A DNA stretch of 64,000 nucleotides from Abditibacterium sp. (GTDB taxonomy: Bacteria; Armatimonadota; Abditibacteriia; Abditibacteriales; Abditibacteriaceae): contig OZ251992.1 in the NCBI GenBank assembly GCA_965246885.1, positions 192,001 through 256,000 on the forward strand, given 5' to 3'. Positions 27,903 through 37,407 of the stretch are shown piece by piece. Below the pieces are notes generated by a model. It was not told where the DNA came from. It saw nothing but the letters and a program-made list of their open reading frames with translations, and searched no databases. Numbering within the stretch: position 1 is the stretch's first letter; the number at the start of each line of letters is the position of its first letter. Made by a program: the position numbers and the translations under genes.

Positions 27903-27913
27903 CCGGTTAAATT

Positions 27914-29767
27914 TCACCGTCCCGGCGCGGGAACTAACTTGACGCGGCGGTTCGGCTCGCGCCCGACGCTGAAACTCCGCAGGTGATAGCGCTCGGCGAT
28001 TTGGTGTTGCAACCTCCGCAAGCTCTTGATTTGTGGACGCAGTTCGACGGGTTGGGCTTCGCCCAACACGCGGCCCGCGCCGTCTTTGGCTTCTTGCACG
28101 GCGAGGTCGCGGGGCGAGGCTTTGCCGTCCATGCCGGGTTGGGAATACAGGTCGTTCAGTCGCGCCGTTATCTGGGCGTAGGTGTTGCCGCCGACGCCAA
28201 TGATGGGCAAGTGATGCTCGCGCGCTTCGCGCAGCAGGGACGTGGTTTCCGGGAAGCCCTCGGCGCCGGACAGCATGAGGATGGCGTCGGCTTCTTGCCA
28301 AGTGCGCGCGGGCGTGAGTTGCAAGCCCAAATGCTTCGCGGCGCGCGCCAAACGCGACTTGGAAATGCCGAACGGGAATATCTTGCGGATGCGCGTCACG
28401 TCCACCGGCCCGGTTTGGAACGACGGGATGACGGGTTCTAATTCCTCGCCTAATTCGTCCTCATAGCCGCCGCCCGCGTCGTCGTTGAAAGAGTTGGCGC
28501 GCGCCTCGTCGTCCTCGACTTCGGCGCCTTGCGCGACCCCGCGCGGGAGCGGCGCGGACATAGCGAAGTAGACGGATGAACTGCCGCCGCTCCGGTTCGG
28601 CCCGCTTTGGCCCATCGCGCGCCCATTGCCGTTGGCGCCACTTGCGCCGCCTCGGTCGCGGCCATAGCGGTTGCCGCCGCGCCCGTTGCCACCGCGATTA
28701 TTGCCGCGCGGGTTGGTGGGTTCGGGTTCCGGTTCGGGCGCGACGGGGGCGGGCGCCATGATTTGGATTTCGCCGTCTTCGCCGCGCCAGCGAATTTCGG
28801 GTGGGGCTTCGCGTCCGCGCAGAATGGCGTCCACCACGTCCGACACGGGGCGGCGCACGGCGATGCGGTCGCGCTCGATCATCTCGATGACGACATCGAA
28901 GGTCGGCGGGTTTTTGCGCTCCAAGACCGTCTTTTGCGTCCTACGGCGGCGCGCTTCTTCGTCGCCGAGCGTGACCGATTGGATGCCGCCTACGAGGTCG
29001 CTCATCGAAGGGTTGGCGATGAGGTTGTCGAGAGTGTTGCCATGCACGGTAGCGATGAGTTGCACGCCGCGCTCAGCGATTGTGCGCGCTGCCATAGATT
29101 CTTCGGTGCGTCCGATTTCGTCTATCACAATCACTTCGGGCATATGGTTTTCGACGGCCTCGATCATCACGTCGTGTTGCTGCGCGACGTGGCGAACCTG
29201 CATCCGGCGCGCGCGACCAATGGCGGGATGCGGCACGTCGCCGTCGCCCGCGATTTCGTTGGAGGTGTCCACGACAATGACGCGCTTATTCGATTCGTCC
29301 GCAAGAACGCGCGCCATTTCGCGCAGCAAAGTCGTTTTGCCCAAGCCGGGGCGCCCCATCAGCAAGACGGATTCGCCCGATTCAATCAGGTCGCGCAGGA
29401 TGTCCACGATGCCCGTGACCGCGCGCCCGACGCGAAGCGTGAGGCCCACGATGGCGCCGCGCCGGTTGCGAATGGCGGAAATGCGATGCAAGGTGGCGGG
29501 CAGCCCGGCGCGGTTGTCGTCGCCGAAACTGCCCAGTTGCGCCTCGATTTTGTCGAGTTCCTCGCGCATAACGACAGACTCGCGCAGATACTGCGCTTGG
29601 TCGGAAAAGCGCGCTTCGGGCTTACGGCCCAAGTCGAGGACAATCTCCAGCAAAAGCGGGCGGCGCTGCGTGGGGATGGCCGCGCGCAGTTCGGCGGGCA
29701 AGATGTCAAGCAGTTCGTCGAGGTTGTCGGTGATGACGTGCGGCTCAGCCGCGAAAAGGGTGTTCAT
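27914..29767 (-). CDS. SpoIIIAA/Ycf45-like AAA ATPase with C-terminal R3H domain
   Basis: EIVLDLGR, TLHRISAIRNR, GRPGLGKTT, DTSNEIAGDGD, AVENHMPEVIVIDEIG, RRLQHQIAE. Confidence 0.93.
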   Translation of the reverse strand: MNTLFAAEPHVITDNLDELLDILPAELRAAIPTQRRPLLLEIVLDLGRKPEARFSDQAQYLRESVVMREELDKIEAQLGSFGDDNRAGLPATLHRISAIRNRRGAIVGLTLRVGRAVTGIVDILRDLIESGESVLLMGRPGLGKTTLLREMARVLADESNKRVIVVDTSNEIAGDGDVPHPAIGRARRMQVRHVAQQHDVMIEAVENHMPEVIVIDEIGRTEESMAARTIAERGVQLIATVHGNTLDNLIANPSMSDLVGGIQSVTLGDEEARRRRTQKTVLERKNPPTFDVVIEMIERDRIAVRRPVSDVVDAILRGREAPPEIRWRGEDGEIQIMAPAPVAPEPEPEPTNPRGNNRGGNGRGGNRYGRDRGGASGANGNGRAMGQSGPNRSGGSSSVYFAMSAPLPRGVAQGAEVEDDEARANSFNDDAGGGYEDELGEELEPVIPSFQTGPVDVTRIRKIFPFGISKSRLARAAKHLGLQLTPARTWQEADAILMLSGAEGFPETTSLLREAREHHLPIIGVGGNTYAQITARLNDLYSQPGMDGKASPRDLAVQEAKDGAGRVLGEAQPVELRPQIKSLRRLQHQIAERYHLRSFSVGREPNRRVKLVPAPGR

Positions 29768-29858
29768 TTGGGGAACGAAACCGGCGCCCCTTCGGGACGC
29801 CCCAGTGTCCCCGATGCTCCCTGTTGGTGGGGCGGTGCCTACCCCTCAAACTGATGGC

Positions 29859-30305
29859 GTGATGAAACGCCCTTTTCCCCTGCTCTTAGCTGCGTTCGCG
29901 GGTATGGTGGGTTTGCCGGTCGTGATGGTGGCGTGCGGGGCGCTTGCATCCCATCTTTCCCCTGCCTTCGTAGGAGCATACCCTCTCGGCTTCGCAGTAT
30001 TTGCAGTCAGCACTGCTGGGCATATAGCTCTCCTATCGGGATTTGTATTCGCAATATGTAGCACGATTCTCTGGCGGGGCGAGCGCACATTTTGGCCCCG
30101 TTTGGGGGCCATAGCGTCCTCGGTGATTCTCGGCTCCTTGCCGGTGTATATGATGGCGCACGAGTATCGAATAATGGGTACCTCAATGCGCGCCATGTAT
30201 TTGCAGGAGGTCGCCTTTGTTTTCCCTTGGCCTTTGTGGGCGCTCGCGCTGTTCTTCTTCGCCGTCCTCGCCCGCCCGCGCAAAGCGGCAAGCACTCTCC
30301 CATAG
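29859..30305 (+). CDS. Small 4-TM hypothetical membrane protein
   Basis: C-terminal part of ORF 28671..30305; CAAACT + 6 nt + GTG (or ATG 29862); hydrophobic and visibly more AT-rich. Confidence 0.65.
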   Translation: MMKRPFPLLLAAFAGMVGLPVVMVACGALASHLSPAFVGAYPLGFAVFAVSTAGHIALLSGFVFAICSTILWRGERTFWPRLGAIASSVILGSLPVYMMAHEYRIMGTSMRAMYLQEVAFVFPWPLWALALFFFAVLARPRKAASTLP

Positions 30306-30356
30306 CCAAAAACAATGGCCATTGCGTCGCCTCAGCCGTTTAGAGTTCTCCTGACG

Positions 30357-31070
30357 ATGTATTTGCTTTTGGATTCTTACGGCACGCTGGTCGAGATGGA
30401 CAACTTCGCGGGGCGCTTGCACGCGGGGCTGGGGCGCTTGGGCGTCACGGCGTCGTTGGAGGCGGTCAAAGTCGCGGCGCACCGCGAAATGCGCTTTTAT
30501 ATGGAGCGCGCGCGCTTCGCCGTTGATTGGCCCAGTTACGAGAAAATCCGCTTGGCGTGCGCGGGCGAACTGTTAGCGTCCCTCGCCGAGCAGCGCATCC
30601 CCGCGCCGACGACGCCCGAAGCGGTTGCCGAAGTGCTGGGCGAGTCCATCGTCTTCAAGACGCTCCCCGATACCCGCGAAACTCTTGCTTCTCTCCGCGA
30701 ACGCGGCGTGCGGTTGGGCGTCGTCTCCAACTGGGATTACCGTTTATCGCACGCCCTCGAAGCGGTCGGGTTGCTCCCGTTCTTCGACTTCGTGCTCAGT
30801 TCCGCGCAAGCCAAGGCCGAAAAACCGGCGCCGGAGATATTCCAGCGCGGCCTCGAAATGGCCCGCCGCTTCGCCCCGAACCTGCGCGCCCGCGACTGCT
30901 TCTACGTCGGCGACCACTACGAGAAGGACGTTCTCGGCGCGCGCGCGGCGGGCCTCAAACCGTTATGGCTCGTGGCGAAGGAGCGCGACATCGCGTCCGG
31001 CGACACCCACGACGCGCCGGACGACGTGCCCCGCCTGCGCTCGCTCAAAGACTTGCTCAAACTGTTCTGA
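30357..31070 (+). CDS. HAD-superfamily hydrolase
   Basis: LLDSYGTL, GVVSNWD, EKPAPEIF, YVGDHYEKDVLGA. Start 30315 or 30357. Confidence 0.92.
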   Translation: MYLLLDSYGTLVEMDNFAGRLHAGLGRLGVTASLEAVKVAAHREMRFYMERARFAVDWPSYEKIRLACAGELLASLAEQRIPAPTTPEAVAEVLGESIVFKTLPDTRETLASLRERGVRLGVVSNWDYRLSHALEAVGLLPFFDFVLSSAQAKAEKPAPEIFQRGLEMARRFAPNLRARDCFYVGDHYEKDVLGARAAGLKPLWLVAKERDIASGDTHDAPDDVPRLRSLKDLLKLF

Positions 31071-31082
31071 ACCATTACCGCC

Positions 31083-32198
31083 ATGACTGCACCGACTACC
31101 GAAGAAGAATTTGACGGCACCGTTGATAAAGACCAGATCATGCGCGCCTTGAACATGATCCAAGACCCCGACTTGGGGCGCTCGATTGTGGAGCTTGGCT
31201 TTATCAAGAACCTGCGCGCGTGTGGCGGCAACGTCGCCTTCGACATCGAACTCACGACGCCCGCCTGCCCCGTCAAGGAGCAGATGCACGAGCAGGCCAT
31301 TGACCTCGTGCGGCAAATCGAGGGCGTGCGAAACGTCGCGGTCAACATGACGGCGAAGACGCGGCAAATCGTGGACATTCGCGGCGGCATTCCGGGCGTG
31401 CAGAACGTCATCGCGGTCGCGGCGGGCAAAGGCGGCGTCGGCAAGTCCACCACCGCCGTGAACCTCGCGCTCGCTTTGGTGGACATGGGCGCCAAAGTCG
31501 GCCTGCTCGACGCCGATATTCACGGGCCGTCCATCCCCATTCTGCTCGGCGTGCCCGAAGGCGAAATGCCCGACGGCGAGGAAGAGGACGGCAAGCAGCG
31601 CATCTTCCCGCTCGACCGCTTCGGCTTGAAACTGATGTCCGTCGGCTTCCTGACCGAGCGCAACAGCCCCATCATTTGGCGCGGCCCGATGGTGGGCAAA
31701 ATGCTTTCGACCTTTTTGCAAAGCGTGGTGTGGGGCGACCTCGACTACCTCATCATAGACCTGCCCCCCGGCACGGGCGACGTGCAACTCACGCTCATCC
31801 AAACCGCGCCCTTGTCGGGCGCCGTCATCGTCACCACGCCCGAAGCCGTCGCCGGAGAAGACGTAATCCGCGCCGGAAAGATGTTCGAGAAGATCGGCCA
31901 AACCCTCAACATCGAAGTCCCCATTCTGGGCGTCGTCGAGAACATGAGTTGGTTCGAGACAGAGGGCGGAGAGCGCCACTACCTCTTCGGCGAAGGCGGC
32001 GGCCAACGCATCGCGGGCGTTTTCGGCGTCCCGCTCTTGGGCCAAGTCCCGCGCGAAATGGGCATCACGCGCGGCGGCGATTCTGGCGTGCCCATCCTCG
32101 TCTCGCACCCCAACTCGCCCGTCGCCGACATCTACCGCGAAATCGCCGGGGGAGTGGCGCGCCGCGTAGCAACGCGGGCAATGGAATCGGGGGCGTAA
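31083..32198 (+). CDS. mrp: Mrp/ApbC Fe-S cluster carrier ATPase
   Basis: N-terminal IQDPDLG..LTTPACP domain; GKGGVGKST, WRGPM, DLPPGTGD, GVVENMS. Confidence 0.95.
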   Translation: MTAPTTEEEFDGTVDKDQIMRALNMIQDPDLGRSIVELGFIKNLRACGGNVAFDIELTTPACPVKEQMHEQAIDLVRQIEGVRNVAVNMTAKTRQIVDIRGGIPGVQNVIAVAAGKGGVGKSTTAVNLALALVDMGAKVGLLDADIHGPSIPILLGVPEGEMPDGEEEDGKQRIFPLDRFGLKLMSVGFLTERNSPIIWRGPMVGKMLSTFLQSVVWGDLDYLIIDLPPGTGDVQLTLIQTAPLSGAVIVTTPEAVAGEDVIRAGKMFEKIGQTLNIEVPILGVVENMSWFETEGGERHYLFGEGGGQRIAGVFGVPLLGQVPREMGITRGGDSGVPILVSHPNSPVADIYREIAGGVARRVATRAMESGA

Positions 32199-32201
32199 AC
32201 G

Positions 32202-32462
32202 ATGACGAACGTCGAAGTCGTTCAAGAACTCTTCGCGGCGGGCGCGGCGCCGCATGAAGCGATGAAAACCGCGTGGGAGTTGGGCGTGCCGCCAATCCAG
32301 CGCATCAAAATGTTCCGCGAGCAATACAAGCTGTCGCTCGTGGAAGCGAAGGAGTTGATGGTGCAAGTCGAGACGGGAAAAAGTCTGTCGGAGTATCAAT
32401 ACGACTTGTTTTTTGGCGGTTCACCGCCAGAGGAAGTCGAAGCCGAGTTGATGGGAGATTAA
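32202..32462 (+). CDS. Small hypothetical protein
   Basis: 86 aa, tightly coupled to both neighbours; IKMFREQYKLSLVEAKEL weakly recalls an L7/L12 C-terminal-like helix pair. Confidence 0.65.
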   Translation: MTNVEVVQELFAAGAAPHEAMKTAWELGVPPIQRIKMFREQYKLSLVEAKELMVQVETGKSLSEYQYDLFFGGSPPEEVEAELMGD

Positions 32463-33067
32463 TGCCTACTCTTGCCAACGTGTTCAGCGCGATTGACGGA
32501 CTGCACAGCGTCTATTTCGAGGATTATGCGCTCATCAGCACGGTCGCGGCGCTGTTTTACGCCGAAGCGACGTGCTGCTTCGAGGTGCGCGTTCTGTCCA
32601 ACCACGAGCGCGGTTTGCAAACGATTGGCGGCGTCCCCGTGCAGTTTTTCGCGCCCGAAAGCGCGCTTGACCACCAAGCCCTGCGCCGCGCCGTCTACTT
32701 CGACTACGGGGGCACGCCGATTCGCGTCGCGCGCGCCGAACATCTGGTCGCTTTTCACTTGCGCGACGCCAAGTCGCGGTGGGGCTACTCGCCGTCCTAC
32801 TTCGCGCCGGGTTCGCTCGACTCGACGGAGTTGAACGGGGTCTTGAAATCCGCCAACTTGCTCGAACGATTGGGCAAATGGCCCGAAGAAGATGCGCCCG
32901 GCGCGGCCTGCTACGCCCACAAAAAACGCTGGCACGAAGCCAACGCCCGCTTGCCCGTTGAAGAGAAAGTCGCGCAGTTGCTTCAAATCCAAAAGCACGA
33001 CCTCTCCATTATCGCTACCCGCCGCGAGTTGCAACCGTGGGAGAAACCTTGGGACATCGATCCGTAG
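32462..33067 (+). CDS. Hypothetical protein, degenerate nucleotidyltransferase-like domain plus C-terminal helical extension
   Basis: ATG overlaps the upstream TAA; DYALISTVAALFY, GVPVQF, TPIRVARAEHLVA; C-terminal LPVEEKVAQLLQIQ..PWEKPW. Confidence 0.6.
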   Translation: MPTLANVFSAIDGLHSVYFEDYALISTVAALFYAEATCCFEVRVLSNHERGLQTIGGVPVQFFAPESALDHQALRRAVYFDYGGTPIRVARAEHLVAFHLRDAKSRWGYSPSYFAPGSLDSTELNGVLKSANLLERLGKWPEEDAPGAACYAHKKRWHEANARLPVEEKVAQLLQIQKHDLSIIATRRELQPWEKPWDIDP

Positions 33068-33073
33068 CCGCGT

Positions 33074-33207
33074 TTTGTTTTGCGACACAGAGTTCGCAGA
33101 GAGCCACAGGGGACGCAGAGGTGTTAGAGGAGAAGGCAAACCTGAAACCCCTGAGAATTTCTCTGTGCCCTTTGTGGCTCTCCGCGAACTCTGTGTCGCA
33201 AAACAAA
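33074..33207. repeat. MITE-like element with 47-bp imperfect inverted arms
   Basis: 33074-33120 versus the reverse complement of 33161-33207: 5 mismatches, all transitions; internal C(A/G)CAGAG units. Confidence 0.88.
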
Positions 33208-33245
33208 TCCCGCGCGCGTAGCGAGGTTGGGCGTCCAAGCACACC

Positions 33246-34436
33246 ATGATTTATCTCGACCATGCGGCGACTACGCCGCTTCATCCGGCGGTTTTGGACG
33301 CGATGCTGCCGTTTTTCGATGGGCGGTATGGCAATCCCTCGTCGCTGCATCATTTGGGGCGCGACGCGAAGTTCGCGTTGGAGCGGGCGCGCGAGCAAGT
33401 CGCGGAACTATTGGGCGCGCGGGCGAGCGAGATCGTCTTCAACTCCGGCGCGACGGAGGGGAACAACCACGCTTTGAAGGGTGTCGCGGCGAGTTTGGGC
33501 GGCAAAGGACGACATATTTTGGCGTCGAATGTCGAGCATGACGCGGTGCTGCATCCGCTTCAGTCGCTCGCCAAGGAGGGCTTCGAGGTCGAGTGGGTGC
33601 CGGTGGATGGCGACGGGATTCTCGATGTTGCGGCGTTCGAGCGGATGCTGCGGCCCGACACGATTCTGGCGTCGCTGATGCACGCCAACAATGAACTCGG
33701 CACGCTTCAGCCGGTGCGCGAAGTGGCCACGCTTTGCCGCGCGCGCGGCATCTTGCTGCATGTGGATGCCTGCCAGACGGTCGGCCATCTGCCCGTTGAC
33801 GTGCGCGAGTTGGGCGCCGACTTACTCACGCTTTCCGCGCACAAGTTCTACGGGCCAAAAGGCGCGGGCGCGCTGTGGATACGGCGCGGCGTGCGCTTGG
33901 AAACGCTCGTCGAAGGCGGGCACCAGCAAAAGGGGCGGCGCGCGGGGACGGAGAACGTCGCGGGCATCGTCGGCATGGGCGCGGCGTGCGAGTTGGCGCA
34001 TGCGGCGATGACCGGCGCAGAAGCGCGCGTCGCTGAATTGCGCGCGCGCTTGACCGACGGGGTTCTGTCGTCCGTCGCCGGAGCACGTTTGAACGGCCAC
34101 CCAACCCGGCGAGTCCCCGGCATCGCTAATTTTTCCTTCGCGGGCATTGAGGGCGAGGGCTTAATCCTTGAACTCGACGCCAAAGTCGGCCTGTGCGCTT
34201 CGACGGGTAGCGCGTGCGCGGCGGGGTCGCTCGACCCTTCTCCCGTCCTGCTGGCGATTGGCCTCGAAACCGGTCTGGCGCGCGCCGGAACGCGCTTCTC
34301 CTTGGGGCGCGACACGACCGAGGCCGAAATAGACGAGGTGCTCCACGAACTGCCGCGCGTGGTGGAGGAGTTGCGCGCCCTGAATCCCAACGCGCGCGCC
34401 GCGCTCGTTGGGGGCAGGAGCGACGATGCGGGATGA
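33246..34436 (+). CDS. iscS: Cysteine desulfurase (IscS/NifS type)
   Basis: IYLDHAATTP, YGNPSS, SGATEGNN, ANNELG, SAHKFYGPKG, RAGTEN, STGSAC. Confidence 0.93.
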   Translation: MIYLDHAATTPLHPAVLDAMLPFFDGRYGNPSSLHHLGRDAKFALERAREQVAELLGARASEIVFNSGATEGNNHALKGVAASLGGKGRHILASNVEHDAVLHPLQSLAKEGFEVEWVPVDGDGILDVAAFERMLRPDTILASLMHANNELGTLQPVREVATLCRARGILLHVDACQTVGHLPVDVRELGADLLTLSAHKFYGPKGAGALWIRRGVRLETLVEGGHQQKGRRAGTENVAGIVGMGAACELAHAAMTGAEARVAELRARLTDGVLSSVAGARLNGHPTRRVPGIANFSFAGIEGEGLILELDAKVGLCASTGSACAAGSLDPSPVLLAIGLETGLARAGTRFSLGRDTTEAEIDEVLHELPRVVEELRALNPNARAALVGGRSDDAG

Positions 34437-34444
34437 AGGGCACC

Positions 34445-34824
34445 TTACCGAATCCACCCCATACGGCGCGACAGAACGCCCCACAATATAAGCGCACAAC
34501 ACCACCCGATCGACGGCCACAAACCAATGCAGCACAAGGGTGTTTGCCAGATGGCGTAACCCATCGCCGCTATGCCTAATCCGCCCAAGATGCCAGCCAC
34601 GATGCGCGCCAACAACCCGTTGCCTTCTTGCCACACCGTCAGCCCCATTGCCGTCGCGGGCACAAGAAGCATGAGGGCGAGTAACCCTTCGGCGATACCT
34701 TCCCCATTCCAGCGAGTCTTCGCTGCGCCCCCGACCACGCCATCAAACAAATGGTGTGCAGCATCAGCAACGGGCACACGAAAACGCCCATTACCCATAC
34801 CATCCAAGGACGCAGCGAAAGCAT
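34445..34824 (-). pseudogene. Small multi-TM membrane protein gene with an apparent 1-nt frameshift
   Basis: CACACT + 6 nt + ATG 34824 gives hydrophobic MLSLRPWMVWVMGVFVCPLLMLHTICLMAW; the hydrophobic sequence continues in another frame (EGIAEGLLALMLLV...) to the stop at 34445. Confidence 0.5.
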
Positions 34825-34879
34825 AGCCCCAGTGTGCAACCCGCGCGCGTCTGACCGCTTAAAATAAAGTTCCTACTTC

Positions 34880-35812
34880 ATGTTCGACCAACACAAACAA
34901 CTCGCCCTCGGCTGTATGGGGCTTTCCGGGACGTGGAACCCGGCGGAGCTTACGCCCGCCCGCGTCAAGCGCGCCATTGACGCGTTCGAGGCGGCGCTCG
35001 TGGCGGGCATCACGCTGTATGACCATGCGGACATCTACGGCGGCGGAACGTGCGAGAGCGTGTTCAAGGACTGCTTGGCGGCGTTTCCCGACGTGCGCGG
35101 TGACATCCAAATCTGGAGCAAAGGCGGCATCCGCGACGGCTTCTTCGACCACTCGCCCGCCTATTTGCGCGAGTGCATCGAGCGGTCGCGCGTGCGGATG
35201 GGAATAGATGCTCTCGACCTGTTCCAGTTGCACCGCCCCGACCCGCTCGCCCACCCGCGCGAGACGGCGAAGGTTCTCCACGAGGCGCTCGCGGCGGGCC
35301 ACATTAAAGCCGTTGGCGTGTCGAACTATTTCCCGGAGCAGATACGCGCGCTCCAGAAGTTCTTGGACGTGCCGCTCGTCAGCCACCAATGGGAATTGCA
35401 CATCCTACGCTTGCAACCGTTTTACGAGGGCTGGCACGCGCCTGCGTTCAAGGGCTATTCGGGCGAGATGAACCCCTACGGCGACGGCACGCTCGACTTT
35501 TGTTTAGCCAACGGCCTGACGCCGCTCGCCTATGCGCCCTTGGCATCGGGGCGCCTGACAAAAAACGACAGCGAGGACGGGCGCGAGCGCGACGTGCAAG
35601 ACGTGCTGGGCAAACTGGCGCTTAAATACGACGCGACGCGGACGCAAATCGCACTCGCGTGGCTGCGAACGCATCCGGCCAATATCATCCCCGTCGTCGG
35701 AAGCGCCAACCCGCAGCACATCTTCGAGGCGGCCCAAAAGACCGACCTGCGCTTGGAGAAAACGGACTGGTACGATGTCTGGAAAGCGTCGTGGGAGCGC
35801 GGCATGCCGTGA
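34880..35812 (+). CDS. Aldo/keto reductase
   Basis: LALGCM, DHADIYGGG.CE, SKGG, DLFQLHRPD, VGVSN, QIALAWL. Confidence 0.95.
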   Translation: MFDQHKQLALGCMGLSGTWNPAELTPARVKRAIDAFEAALVAGITLYDHADIYGGGTCESVFKDCLAAFPDVRGDIQIWSKGGIRDGFFDHSPAYLRECIERSRVRMGIDALDLFQLHRPDPLAHPRETAKVLHEALAAGHIKAVGVSNYFPEQIRALQKFLDVPLVSHQWELHILRLQPFYEGWHAPAFKGYSGEMNPYGDGTLDFCLANGLTPLAYAPLASGRLTKNDSEDGRERDVQDVLGKLALKYDATRTQIALAWLRTHPANIIPVVGSANPQHIFEAAQKTDLRLEKTDWYDVWKASWERGMP

Positions 35813-35832
35813 ACGGCGCCGGAGGTAGACCA

Positions 35833-36600
35833 ATGAAGCGACTTCTTATTCTTTCAACTCTTGCCTTGGCCCTCGCCGCGCGCGCTCAAGCGCCTGTCGC
35901 GCCCGCCGACATGGTGCTGGTTCCGGCTGGCGACTTCCCGATGGGCACCGATATGGGCGACGGCAACGACGACAACCAAGGCACCAACACGCCCCTCGCT
36001 TACAACGATGCGCGTCCGCGCCACACCGCCACAACCAAGGCTTTCTTTGTGGACAAAACCGAAGTGACCAACGCGGCTTACAAAAAGTTCTGCGACGCGA
36101 CGGGCACCCCGCCGCCGCCGCAGTGGGTCGGTGGCCACATCCCCGACGGGCAGGACGAGTTCCCCGTCAACCGCGTTACATGGTACGAAGCGCGCGCTTT
36201 CGCCCGGTGGAGCGGTAAGCGGCTTCCCACCGAAGCCGAGTGGGAACACGCGGCGCGCGGTGACGACGGGCGCTCCTACCCTTGGGGCGAAGGCTGGAAC
36301 CCCGCACTTGTTGTAACCGAAACTGGCCCCGCTCCGGTCGGCTCGAAACCGGCGGGCGCCAGTCCTTACGGCGCGCTCGATATGGGCGGCAACGTCGCCG
36401 AATGGACGGACAGTTGGTTCGAGGCGTACCCCGGCTCGCCCACCAAGCAACCCGACTTTGGCCGCAAGACGCTGAAAGTAGTGCGCGGCGGCGCGTGGTT
36501 CGACAACGCCGCGCTCGCGCAAACCTTCTTCCGCGAAGTGTGCCGCCCCGACCAGCGCAACTTGTGGATTGGCTTCCGATGCGCCAAAGATGTAAATTAG
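35833..36600 (+). CDS. Secreted FGE-sulfatase/SUMF1-fold protein
   Basis: Signal peptide MKRLLILSTL; EVTNAAY, RLPTEAEWE, DMGGNVAEW, RGGAW, GFRC. Confidence 0.9.
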   Translation: MKRLLILSTLALALAARAQAPVAPADMVLVPAGDFPMGTDMGDGNDDNQGTNTPLAYNDARPRHTATTKAFFVDKTEVTNAAYKKFCDATGTPPPPQWVGGHIPDGQDEFPVNRVTWYEARAFARWSGKRLPTEAEWEHAARGDDGRSYPWGEGWNPALVVTETGPAPVGSKPAGASPYGALDMGGNVAEWTDSWFEAYPGSPTKQPDFGRKTLKVVRGGAWFDNAALAQTFFREVCRPDQRNLWIGFRCAKDVN

Positions 36601-36627
36601 GGTGTGGGATTTGGAGGAACATCGCTC

Positions 36628-37095
36628 ATGGACATTTCTGAAAAATGGGGGCTGCCGCCCGGCTTCGCTCCGGTTCGATTCGAGGTTTCCGACGACGCCA
36701 AGGCTGCCGTGCGGCCCATCTTGGGCGCGGGCGAACCGGTCATTCTCTCCCTGCAAAACGAAGAGGAAACTGTCGCCCTCATCGGCACGCCGGGGCGCGT
36801 TTTGTCGGTCAGGGCGCAAGAGATGGGCGTTAACGCGGGCGCCTCGCTCGTCAAGTCGTTCCCTTGGCCAGGGGTCTTCGAGCTAACAATGCGCCCGCAA
36901 GCGGGCACCGTCTCGCTTGTCATCGAATATCCTACGACCGATGGCGGCAAAACCGTCGAGGTCGGCGTGCGCGCCAAACTCGCCAAAACCAAGCAAGACG
37001 TGTTCGCGGGCTTTCCCAAAGAAGAAGGCGAAGCCGTCTTCCGCGCCATGCTGCAAGTCTCGAACTGGAAAAAGGCCCATCCGCCAACCGATTAG
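36628..37095 (+). CDS. Hypothetical protein
   Basis: GGAGG SD upstream of ATG 36628; fills the gap before gatC. Confidence 0.7.
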   Translation: MDISEKWGLPPGFAPVRFEVSDDAKAAVRPILGAGEPVILSLQNEEETVALIGTPGRVLSVRAQEMGVNAGASLVKSFPWPGVFELTMRPQAGTVSLVIEYPTTDGGKTVEVGVRAKLAKTKQDVFAGFPKEEGEAVFRAMLQVSNWKKAHPPTD

Positions 37096-37110
37096 ACTTG
37101 CGCGCCAACG

Positions 37111-37404
37111 ATGCGCCTTTCCACCGAAGAAATCAATCACATCGCGCTTCTCTCGCGCCTCGAACTTTCCGACGCTGAGCGCACGCGCGCGCAGGACGAA
37201 CTCAGCCAAATCATCGGCTACTTCGAGGCGCTGTCGGCTCTCGACACGACCGGCGTCGCGCCCACCATGCACGCCCTGCCCATCCAAAACGTCCTGCGCG
37301 CCGACGAAGTGACCCCCGGCCTGTCGCGCGAAGCCGCCCTCCGAAACGCCCCCGAAGCCGAAGGCGGCATGTTCCAAGTCCCCCGCGTCGTCGAAGCCGA
37401 GTAA
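37111..37404 (+). CDS. gatC: Asp/Glu-tRNA amidotransferase subunit C
   Basis: HIALLSRLE, LDTTGVAPT, LRADEV, NAP..FQVPRVV. Confidence 0.96.
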   Translation: MRLSTEEINHIALLSRLELSDAERTRAQDELSQIIGYFEALSALDTTGVAPTMHALPIQNVLRADEVTPGLSREAALRNAPEAEGGMFQVPRVVEAE

Positions 37405-37407
37405 CCC

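Noticed and set aside
32202..32462. Ribosomal protein L7/L12
   Set aside because: Only a short helix motif resembles it; the length and genomic context are wrong.
35833..36600. Active formylglycine-generating enzyme
   Set aside because: It lacks the catalytic Cys pair after RGG(S/A); only the fold is supported.
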